From Polymyxa betae A26-41 (taxonomy: Eukaryota; Protista; Endomyxa: Phytomyxea): DNA of 64,000 nt. Location: assembly GCA_003693705.1 (NCBI GenBank), contig RBZT01000323.1, forward strand, positions 15,625 to 79,624, read 5' to 3'. Below are positions 1 through 11,874 of this stretch, in pieces (position 1 is the stretch's first letter; every line of letters starts with the position of its first letter). Below the pieces are notes generated by a model, which was given only the letters and a program-made list of their open reading frames with translations, was not told the DNA's origin and ran no database searches. The position numbers and the translations under genes are program-made.

Positions 1-1408
1 CGGTCTGCTCAACAGAGCAATATGGGCACTTGAACGTCCTCATGGCAGAGCTCCTTCCAATACGAGGTATATTCTCCATAGAAGAGCGAGATATCACATG
101 ACCGCATAAGAGCATCATAGGCTGATCATCAACAGTTTTTGAAACTGGACAAACAAATGTCGAATGGTATTGAAACTTCTTCCCGAGGTCCAGTGCAATC
201 TAACAATGACAGAGTGTCAGATATTCAATCGTAGAACACAAATGACTTCAGGATTACTTCAGAAGCATTGCATGACACATTCAGGGCTGAACTCTGGGAT
301 TGCAAGGCATTAATCTTGACGAGCGGCGGCAAGGCGATCTGGCTGGCTGCCACGCTGAAAGAAATTCTGTACTATTGATAATCACTTATAAATAAAACCA
401 ACCAGACTGAAAGCGGGCTTTCTTTCGCCAGTCCCATGCCTTTACAGAAGACAGAAATGAAGATTTTCTCGAGGGCATCCCAATCTTCACTCGAAGTCCC
501 AACATATTTAAATTTCGAGAATACAAATATCAGCATTCCCATCAAATCCCCGATCTGTGCAGCTACGATTGCATAGTCAACGGGAACCTTTACAAATCCT
601 TTACAAATTACCGTATTCTGGAAATAATAAAGGGAAATTAGCTCGAGCGTACTTGACGGCAGCGCTAACATGCCCTTTCTCGAGCAATTGAAGATATTCC
701 ATTCGATGCAGGTGGAACAGCAAGAGATTATACTCCCTTCTATTGTCTTGACAACAGCACCAGCTAAATTCAGAAACATTAGCATTCTTTGGGTGCACAA
801 ACCGATCATCATCATTACTTCACGCATGGTGAGATCTCTTTTCGTCGTAACGACTGAAGAAGGATGTCAAGCGTAGCGAACCGTTCGTCAAACGAAAAGT
901 TCATTTGCGTCTCACTGATTAGAGATTGGGCGATACTGAACCGACCCGTTCGTAATAAATGGTTGACAATGATTCGGTCGAGAAGCTCATCATTCAGCAC
1001 AGTCGAATCTTTAACACCTTCAATCGAATCACAGACCTGCAGTAGGCGACTAAATCGCCAGATAAAACTATTGAAGGAATCATTTAGCGCATACTGCTTC
1101 CATCTTCTGAGATATAGTCGCGATTTCTACAGTCCCTGTTTTCAGTAGCCCAGCCAATCTGAGCAGCGAATCATTATAAAACAGATCCTCTAACAAAGCA
1201 TTATTTACTGCTTTCGAACTGGTTTTAGCAAATCCGCTGACGATTTACAATCTATTCTCCTTGTTGCCTCAAGCTCGTCAGCCAGGCTCCTGATATCGTT
1301 TGCAAACCGGGTTATGGCCGCTTCTGTCTGTTCTGATAATTGTCTCTGCTGATCTGCAAACACATCGAAAGACGCTTGTAGCCTGGGGACATCTGACCGC
1401 CTAAACAT
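1..1408 (-). CDS. RMND5: CTLH/GID complex E3 ligase RING subunit (RMND5/Gid2-like), multi-exon, 3' end runs off the window
   Basis: LisH-like LDRIIVNHLLRTGRFSIAQSL, CTLH-like LLFHLHRMEYLQLL..SAAVKYAR, and a manually translated C-terminus FQYHSTFVCPVSK..PMMLLCGHVIS..FKCPYC matching the degenerate Gid2 RING. Confidence 0.85.
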
Positions 1409-1734
1409 GATAGAAGACTAATGACGGACTAAGTGGAAAGGACATGACAGAACTTACACCAGTCAAGGCTGTAATGTTACAGCGATCGCTCGAACTCGCA
1501 TGGAACGATACCATTTCTACGACAGTCTGTACCAAAGCCACCTACAGTGGTCTGCCCCAAATCAAAATGGGGATATCAAGGCAAGGAAAGAGAGAGAGAT
1601 AAAGAGACGGGCGAAAAGACAGAGAATTAACAAGACTGAGTAATGTTACAAAGGTCAAAGAATGGCGATTTCTAGAGTGACCCTATCCATATGGCTTACA
1701 AGACGATGTTGGAGAGCGGAGAGCGAAAGCATAG

Positions 1735-3366
1735 TTATCTCTGTATTGCAGGAATGGACAAAGAGATCATGGAGGGATCCTGCGGCCTGGGCGGCTCTTT
1801 AAACCAGTCGTGTTCTAGAGCGTCTTTCGCAGAGATTCGTTGTTCGGGATCCAAAGCTAGAAGTCGCGATAGCAAATCGAATCCTTTTCCCGTTAGATAC
1901 GACGCGCTGGTTACCGATCGTCTCGGGAACAGATCCGACAGAGATCCTGATCAGAAAACTCAGATAAGAGAGGTAGAAGTTAGGCGAAATCGCACCTTTG
2001 GTAGGTTTCCAGGTCCAGTTTTGAGCATGAGGAAGTTTCATATAACCAGGCCAGTTTTCTTCGGTTGGAGATCCGACCAACGAGAATATTTTATGTAATT
2101 GGTCCAGCTCGCCCTGCGCCCCTTCGAAAAGCGGCGTCTTTGTTAGGAGCTCGGCGAAGATGCATCCTACAGACCACATATCGACAGCTGTGCTATAGGT
2201 CTTGGCTCCTGTCTTGCAATAAGCAATGCGCCAATACAGCATTGAATCTACAAACCTAAAAGAAGCTCTGGAGAGCGGTACCAAAGCGTGACAACCAGAG
2301 GCGAATATTCTTTGACGGGATCGCCGAATTTCCTTGCCAGACCTAAATCGCAGATCTTTAACATGCCATGGTTGTTGAGTAGTAAATTCGTGGTCTTCAA
2401 ATCTCGATGTATAATCCAGTGCGAATGCAGATATGCTACTCCCCGAAGAAGCTGCTGCATAAGACACTTCACCTCGCTCTGTGAGAAAGGCTCCTTTTTC
2501 GCCTTAATCAGCGATTTCACCTGAAAACAATTAATGTGTGTTTTCGGATAGCAAAGAATGCTGACTTCATGGGTCATATGTTCCATCACCATGAAGATTT
2601 GACCAGGACGGCGCCCAATCACGATCTCGCGCAGCTGGACCAGATTCGGATGACTAAGTGACATCAAAATATTGATTTCCCGAAGAGACGTCACTGGGAA
2701 TCCAGCAGCTTGCGAATCCATCTTGATTTTTTTTAAAGCGACCGCTGTGAAAATAAATTTGGAAAAGGGTATTAAGGCGATATAAAAGTACTTTGTTTTG
2801 TCGCTTTGTCAATAGCTTGATGAACAACACCATAGGCTCCTTCACTAATCGTCTTCACCCGTTCGAATTCATCCACGCTTCGGCATCCAAGACGGGCAAC
2901 AGAGGCGACAGTCGAGATGTAAGGCTGTGATCGTGATTGAACCTCGAGAGTGGCTTCACTATCACTATCCGAGTCGAGAGCACAAGAATCAGGTGGCGTT
3001 GGGAGTCGAACCTGAAAGGACACCATAAAAAACAGCCTCGTTAAAATGTGTTATGTGAAATATTTCCACCTGATCTTCATTTAGCTCTATTTTGTGTTCA
3101 TCGACGCTTTGACGTTCTGAGACAGGGCCGATTTCCGCCTCCTGCCTCTTAACTTCTTCAAGCAGATTCTGCTCCTCTTCTAGCAGTTTCTGCTTTTTCA
3201 GCTCTTCAGCAATGGCATCACGAAGCCATTGTGGCTGGCTGTGCAGCACTGGCTCGGGCGCCTTTTGATCACATACAGGGCGCTGATACGATCTCTGATT
3301 CGACGATCCTTGTCTATGCCCAGACCTGGGCGGGTCGTGACGGGGTCGTTTCGCCCAGGGATCCAT
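1735..3366 (-). CDS. CDK11: Cyclin-dependent kinase, CDK11/CDK10 (PITSLRE) class, multi-exon
   Basis: [70 protein letters not shown]; last exon translated by hand ends ...[14 protein letters not shown] at 1735. Confidence 0.9.
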
Positions 3367-3648
3367 TTGTTTTGAGAAGAAACCCGCAGTCCGAATCCGA
3401 TAATGCCTTCTTTCAACGACTTATTTCAAATGCTACCGATTTCTTGTTAAAAAGGAAACCAACATGCTTACCTAAAGATTTATGGCGATGATAGAACAAA
3501 AAAACACTGAGCGATACAAAACTTGAATCCAACAATATGGATAAGTTGATATTCTTAGCTTGTTTATTTCTGTTATAGATATTAGGCTATGCTAACAGGG
3601 ATTCTGATTGCCCATGTTTTAAGGATTCACCTTTAATTAAAACGCAGT

Positions 3649-4390
3649 ATGTCTGTAGAATCTAAACTCAGTGACTATGCGGTAAGTTTGTCTCTATCGG
3701 AATCCATAGTCGTTGCGATACCGTCAAATGACAGAGAGATTTTGTGCCAGCAACGATCAACATGCTGAGTCGTGCTCGAAACTGACAAGCGTATGGTTCA
3801 CCGACCTATACGACGATGGTAAACCGCAGATAGAGATGGAGCTGATCAGACCGGAATCCATTCCTGAGCCGTGTCGAACATTGCTTCATCACGACCACAA
3901 TATGACGCCCACGCTGGCAACATGGTGTCGATCTAAGGCGAATCTCAGCGTTCTTCAAAAAATTTTTGACATAAAGCAATCTGTTCTGAGCCGTATCATT
4001 ACGCTGGATTGCGAAGGTCATATCGTGGAGTTATCGTCTATCAGAATCTATTTGAGTTCGCTGCCGGAATATACACACCACAGGTGCCATTTCATGTCTT
4101 TGTTGTAACTTATGCACGTTGTTTATTGTTCGATAATTCTTAGAGTACTTTCTGGAGAGATACCTCTAGGCACCATGCTGATTGAGAATGGCATCTCCCA
4201 ACATTGTGTTCCAGATTGTTTTCTGAAAGTTTCCTGTGATTCTGTTCTAAAAAAGATTTTTGGCACGGACTCGGATGCGTTTCTTTTCGGCAGGAGAAAT
4301 CGATTGCTGTCAGATACAAAACAAGTCATTGCCGAGCTCATTGAAATAATTCCCGGCCCTAATCAGCTGGAGAAAATAAAAAAGCAGTAA
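3649..4390 (+). CDS. Chorismate-lyase (UbiC/UTRA)-fold-like protein resembling a bacterial hypothetical family
   Basis: Spliced via GT-AG intron 4084-4143: IPEPCRTLLHHDHNMTPTL..VLSRIITL..RVLSGEIPLGTMLIENGI..LFGRR..VIAELIEII. Start uncertain (3649 via a 28-nt intron, or 3728). Confidence 0.6.
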
Positions 4391-4497
4391 TCTGTTCTGA
4401 TCAACGTTAATTAATTTATTTGTAGATTTAAACCTAGATAAATACATATGGAGCAATCGGTGTTATTTAAACAGGTTTTCTAAGCCGTAATGCATCC

Positions 4498-5939
<1,442 letters not shown>

Positions 5940-6506
5940 AGAAGAGGCCTGGATTTGATGTCGACAACAACCTTGGGATGCTAGGCTGCGCTGGTTCGTC
6001 TTCCAGGCACCGTCTCAGTAGCACAGATCCGACAATAATTCCCTATGAGATGGCAAGCCACACGCCGACAAGGTCCATATGGACGCGCGTGCTCGAGCCC
6101 TTTCGGCACAAGCCAGATATTTGTAGGTTTGTACCGGGCAGGTCGGCGATCACCGTCGAACTCTCTATTGCCTGCCATATTAAACGAATGAAGAAGGCCC
6201 CGCCATGATTCTCTCCCTGTAATGACAGGAAACACGTTCTCTGTCAAAGAGATCTCTCTTTCACCGTGACGAAAATCATGACGCAGTCATTAGTAGAGCT
6301 ATTGAACGATTGCTTTATCTGCTACAAGCGTATCGTAGCTTCTCGTATCGCAATACGTAATCTTAAAAAACAGCAATTGGTCGAAATTTGTTTGGAAGCA
6401 TGCGTTTCGCGCGTACATTGAAATAAAAATTCATTAGATATTTCTTTCGTCCGTCAAATTCTAAGATAACAGAGCAGCAATAATCGATCATAAACAATAT
6501 TGTTAC

Positions 6507-6675
6507 GGTTAACGATGCCCGGGCGTCGGGCGGCGCCTTTCGATTTCTTCAAAGATCAGATTCTGATCCCGAGCTTAGTCCCAGCATGTTGCTCAAACTC
6601 AAAGGTATATTCTCTTGCGCATGTTGATTCCTCAGCCGGAAGTTGTTAAGCTTTCAGATACGGATGCTTAAGAGG
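6507..6675 (-). pseudogene. Degenerate copy of the last exon of the adjacent MAPK gene
   Basis: Collinear with 4508-4675 (ggttaacga.gccc; gatcccgag.ttagt.cc; gctcaaactcaaag; agctttcagata.ggatg) with indels. Confidence 0.8.
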
Positions 6676-8070
6676 TTTTTTATCAAACATGTTACATAAT
6701 GTTGTCAGGCATTCTATGCGACATGCATAATTGAGGAATCGCGTACTCCTCTTCTTTGCCAAACATCGTTGTCTCAGAGTATTCGATGAAAAAGACGCTG
6801 TTGACTTGGCGAAATCTTTCAGCTGCTGATTTTGATGATGTCGAAAGAAGGAAGGAATTGAGTGACAGCAGTCAACTGTATCGCTTTCTGTAATTCGTTT
6901 TCTGTCGAATTCGAAACGACGCTTAGAACCAATTTGGTATTTTGAATCGCAGTCCTATAGTAACCTTCGGGTGAGAGGGCAAGCAATGTGACATTATGAA
7001 GTGATCTGCCTTATACATACGTTTGTTCAAAACGATTCTAAGTTCCGACGTGGAGATAGTAGACCCTAGTTTTTCTATTACAAAGGAAACGCTTAATTAC
7101 GGAATGGAAACCTTCAGCACAAGGCGGTAAACGCTTAATTACTAGCAGAATAGCAATAATGCGACAGAGCTGATGTAGAGCAAAGGTGACAGCCATGTAT
7201 AAACTGCATCATTCTGGTTCTGATTTCGAAGCAAATCTAAGCTTGGATTCGGCCGACATTTTGCTGACGGTTAGTTTTATCATTCGCGTTCGATGGTGGT
7301 CGTTTGCTAATCTCAACAGAATCACAAGCTGGCTCGAGCGCAAATTGGCGATGCCGACTGATCTGGTTTTATTAATCGTGCGGTATGGAACAATAACGGA
7401 AAGAAATCGGTCGGCAAGCCCCATAATCATAGAATTATCATGAGTGGTTGAGCCACGGACTCCGGACGGAGTGCCGCCCACCTTGCTGAAGGGACGGTAA
7501 CTAGGTAAGAACAATCCAACCCAATCTAATCCAAGCCCATATAATCCTGCATAAAGCCTGAATATCGTTATGTAGCAAGAACGAAAGACTCACAAAAAGT
7601 GACAGAAAAATAACTCTACAAACAACGTAACAGCGATAGCAAATCTATTCTTCAGTATCATTCAGCCCTGGGTTTGTTGGCAGAATATAAGGACTGGAAT
7701 AATAATGTAGGCTTGAACTGATAACCAATGGATTCGCTGACCATACAAATCGGTGTCGGTTCGCAGCAGAAACGATTGTTGGCGTTGTTCCAGCAACCAC
7801 ATGAACATAGAGTCTGACCAGCGAGGCAGGATCCTCCTGAGAATTAAGGCAGTAGAGAAGCACAGCCAATCCGATATAAAACCTCAGGATACTGAGTGGA
7901 GATATTGCACTGATTTATTAGGAAGATGCACATATAGACGTTTGATACTTCAAGAATGGTTGACAAGGCAATACGCATCAAGCCTGTAGTGACACATGAT
8001 AGAGAAATCGCGTATGGATAATTTCTGGATAGAGACTACCTTGAATGCTGTAAGCATTATTAGCGCTGAT

Positions 8071-8654
8071 ATGGGTTATAAGCATTGCTGGGCTCCCAAA
8101 CGTCGATGGACTCAGGCCGAATGGGACAGCATCATCAAGTTCGTTCGCGCTTCAATCAACGCTGCCAGCTGGGTTAGGATTGGAGACGCGTCGGGCGCGG
8201 AAGAATCCCAGCCGGTTATTCATCAGGATCGCATCGAGCTGAATGGAATCGGTGGAGACGGCTGTACGCCATTCATTTTGCATCAAATCAGTTCTGATCC
8301 ATTGGTAACTGTTTGAAAGCGTTTCACACCAGCTTTCTGATTGTCTTCTTTTGATGAATAGTCAGACATTCCTATCGTCAATCCGTTCAGCAGCGAATTC
8401 CATATGTGTAAAACCCGCTTGCACAAGTACGACGATCTTGTCACCGCAATTTTAGCCGGGGTTGCATATCTGGCTCCTGATAGCATTATAATCGAATCAG
8501 ATGGTATGAATCTCACTCAAATCGACCCATAGAGTTTACGAGATGCTTTAAAGGTGCCGAACGTAACTGGGAACAGGGCCTGAAGTTGGCGTCCAAAATC
8601 CTGGGTGAAACAGTCCCATTCCCAATCAAAACTGGAGTCGAACGTCCAACATAA
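8071..8654 (+). CDS. Hypothetical protein resembling a phage/bacterial/fungal 'MGYxHxW...CKTxRxxYD...SDG' family; 3 exons
   Basis: Introns 8305-8361 and 8504-8553 give an open frame MGYKHCW..IELNGIGGDGCTPF..FHMCKTRLHKYDDLVTAIL..IESDGAERNWEQGLKLA..*. Confidence 0.7.
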
Positions 8655-8682
8655 TAATAGTACAGTTTCGAGTTTTAATTTT

Positions 8683-10442
8683 TTAAGAAAGCAGGTTCTC
8701 TACTAGATCATCAGCATCATCGATTTCTCTTAGATATGTCCTTTGCTTGGTGCAACTCACCCATACCATCGTGCATAGATATATCACCATGAACACAATG
8801 TTTGACAGGAACGTTAGACCTCCAATCAAAGGAATATTAGCAAACAAACTATTGTTGATCTGCCACAGCACTGATGTTGTGCAACCGTGTCCTACGTCCT
8901 CTAATTGGCAAGATCGTATGTTCCCTTCGAAATCGGCCGTTTGTTGGTTGCCAAACGTTGCATAATGAGGTGCAAGTACCAAGGTTTGAGAGTTGATGGC
9001 GAGTAAGAAAAAAATCATGAGCCAAACACCCATGAGCAAAGCGTTGTGCTTTGTTCTTCGGATCTTCATGCTATAAAGCTAGAGAGATCAATCAGTCGCC
9101 GATAACAATAGTTAGAGGCTTACCTTGATAAACAAGAATCGTACTCCTAAGTGAGAGAGACCGGTCAAGGTAGCAGCAAAGAGGTAGAACATCAACAAAG
9201 AAAAGAATATAAGATCAAGAGGAAAATTGTCAGAGGAAAAGAGCAATATCAGGCTAATGGGGTTGGCAAGTAGTTGATTGCTTTCAAAACCACATCGAAA
9301 TCCACATTCCGAGTTCATCACTTTGTCAACCATGCTTATGAGAAGAGAACAGATGATCAGAAAGGATAAACACCCTAGAAAGCATCCAGCCGCCCTGTTT
9401 AGAATTCTGCCAATCCATGAAACTCTTAGAGAACGTTGACGTGGAGTTGCTTGATCGCACACCAGCGCCAATTGTGACTGACGATCGCGAAGCTTCGCAA
9501 TCTCTAACAGCAGATTTTAGAATGCCATCAGTTCAAAGTGCTTGGTATGCCAAACCAAGTCTGTCTGATGGCGGCCAGAAACTCTCGGGGCGTGACATGT
9601 TTCTGGCTTGAAGTGTTTCGATTTCTGCGTTTATCTGTAGCAATTCACCGGTATGCCCAATGTATTCAATGCCAGTCCATGAAGGCTTGTTTCGTTGAAA
9701 TAAAACCAAAGGTAGCTCTGCCAAACCATATGCCTATTTCAAATTGTCAGCAAGGCCTTTTGAGGACATAGATCGTCTTACTGTATACGTCGTATATCCA
9801 ATCAGACCAACAGCCAGCATGAGGCCCATCAGAGTCGCAATCGCTGATTGTACACGTTCTGATCCAGTCTGACTGGCAAGTTTTTCAAAATTGGCGCATA
9901 AGATCACTAATGTCAGTGTCAAGGCAACTCCCAAAATGCCAAAACTGTATTTTCCAGCCCGCCAAGCTTGCGGAGCGATTTGGTTGCTTCCATCGTCTTC
10001 TTCATACAAGAAGTAGGCGAATGGCAAAAGAAAGAAAGCAAAGATTGCAAGCAGCAAATAAATTCCTGAACCAGCGTTATGTTAGATTCAATGAGACTTG
10101 TTTAAATACCATAGTAGAAAATTCTTATATCCCCCTGTGATTCGGTCATTGGCTGTTTTATAGTGAAAATATCAATAGGCAATAGAAACCTGCAAACAGA
10201 AAGATTAACTGGAAAGCAGCAGAATGCAAATCCCAAACGCACATTGCGCAGAATGCAATAAACATCGCCAACGAAGCTATCGCTTTCGTTAAGACACCCT
10301 TCTCTGAAGGATCGATATGAAGCTGCACAAAGCAGATACTTGCGCCCAACAGCACCTGCAGTTACCATTGAGAAGCTGTTATAGCACACAGTAAAGTCGA
10401 TACCGCAACAGCAGCGGTGCCGACGACCCAAACAAGCATCAT
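8683..10442 (-). CDS. LMBRD1: LMBR1-family membrane protein, lysosomal cobalamin transport escort LMBD1-like, multi-exon
   Basis: Multiple TM exons; LLPIDIF, LPFAYFLYEEDD, ECGFRCGF, NPISLIL..FPLDLI, LGVRFLFIK, APHYATFGNQ. Confidence 0.8.
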
Positions 10443-10907
10443 GTTTGTTTGGTAGCTGGCGACAATCTGGTCTGAAGAATCTGTCCAATGTCCTCGGGGA
10501 GATTACCCTTAAGATATGATGAGCACTGAAGGGGGCCACGCCCGTTTGACGTTACACCGCAGCCTGATCAGACAGGGAAATTCTCGAGCTACGTTGCGAT
10601 GGTCATGATCCAGCTAAAGGTAATAGTAGCAGTTGCTTCATTTGAGAGACAAAGCCAAGGGAATCCTGATTTCCTTGGATTTCTGGCGCATTTTCCAATT
10701 TTTGTTTGATGAACGTGTATGAAATCGACCGTTTTGAAGATTTTTGATCTGTACTAAGCGATTTTGTGAAATTCGTTGGAGTAGTATCTTTTGTTTCTGA
10801 TGAACATTGGGTTTCATGATGCAGCAGTTGAGGATTTCCAGCGGGCGCACTTGACAGGATTGCAACTTCGAAATTGGGCAGAGTCGTTTCGGAAATGGAT
10901 AGGCGAA

Positions 10908-11339
10908 ATGTCATTTGCTGCTGTAATCATTACAGTTGTCGCATTGTTGTCATTATCATCACCAGGAAATCCTGCTGATATCTTCTCATTGAAATGTTCC
11001 AAGACACATTCGTTCACAACTGTCTGTAAGCATCTTACGAAGGCGCCTGTAAATAAAGCTCAGCTTAGCGCGTTCGATTTGGAGAGATTGATTATCAGCA
11101 AAACCAACCTGGGCTCTGCTGAATGCCGTCACAACTATCGCTCGTTTCTATGTACTGCTTTATCGGAACCGTGTACTGAACTATTCGGGAATACAATCCC
11201 AATTTGCATGTCGATGTGCACAGACTATATCTCGTCATGCTACTATTTCAACTCGACAGAGGCTACAGATATCTGCAATGACAATCGCAAGGAACTCAAC
11301 CTAGCCCTTCCTGACCAGCACTGCTACTCATCAAGATAA
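10908..11339 (+). CDS. Small secreted cysteine-rich protein (143 aa, 10 Cys), frizzled-CRD-like
   Basis: Signal-peptide-like MSFAAVIITVVALLSLSS; pattern C..YRSFLC..EPC..PICMSMC..SSC..C..C; intronless. Confidence 0.7.
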   Translation: MSFAAVIITVVALLSLSSPGNPADIFSLKCSKTHSFTTVCKHLTKAPVNKAQLSAFDLERLIISKTNLGSAECRHNYRSFLCTALSEPCTELFGNTIPICMSMCTDYISSCYYFNSTEATDICNDNRKELNLALPDQHCYSSR

Positions 11340-11874
11340 GCAGCAACTACCTCTAACGTTAATAGATTCGTGATGAAAACATCCCTAACTGAATAATAAA
11401 GATTATTTGCAGATGCAGATGCCTCTTGGCAGACTGTCAGAAAGATCTCGATATTTGCTCGCCTGAAAGCGCCTCGGTTGCAGGCAACAGCCGCATCGAG
11501 TCGGATCTCATTCAATCCCAGCATTCTCACTGCTGGTCAATGTCGGTTCCACAAACACCGACTAACGCTGCATTTCACAGACAAAACCGAGATGTTTTAG
11601 TCAACAAAATCAGCGCAACTAAATAGATGACTGTTTAGCGGGGTGGGCCCGCCCGTTTCTGCTCTCACTGCCCGATACAGAAGCGATATTCTGGGAACCG
11701 CTACCATTAATCCCATTGATCAATCACAGTCTCGCATATTGCACCATTCCGTTCTTCAGCCTCACATCTTTCTATTGTCATGCGATTTGTATAGAGTGGC
11801 CCCGAAAGTAGACATTTTTTTAATTCGGCTGGCCGATATTAGATTATAGAGACCCGTCTAACTAGCTAGAAATT

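Noticed and set aside
7087-7142. 14-bp direct repeat AAACGCTTAATTAC with a 28-bp spacer (CRISPR-like)
   Set aside because: Only two short copies, no cas genes, eukaryotic context
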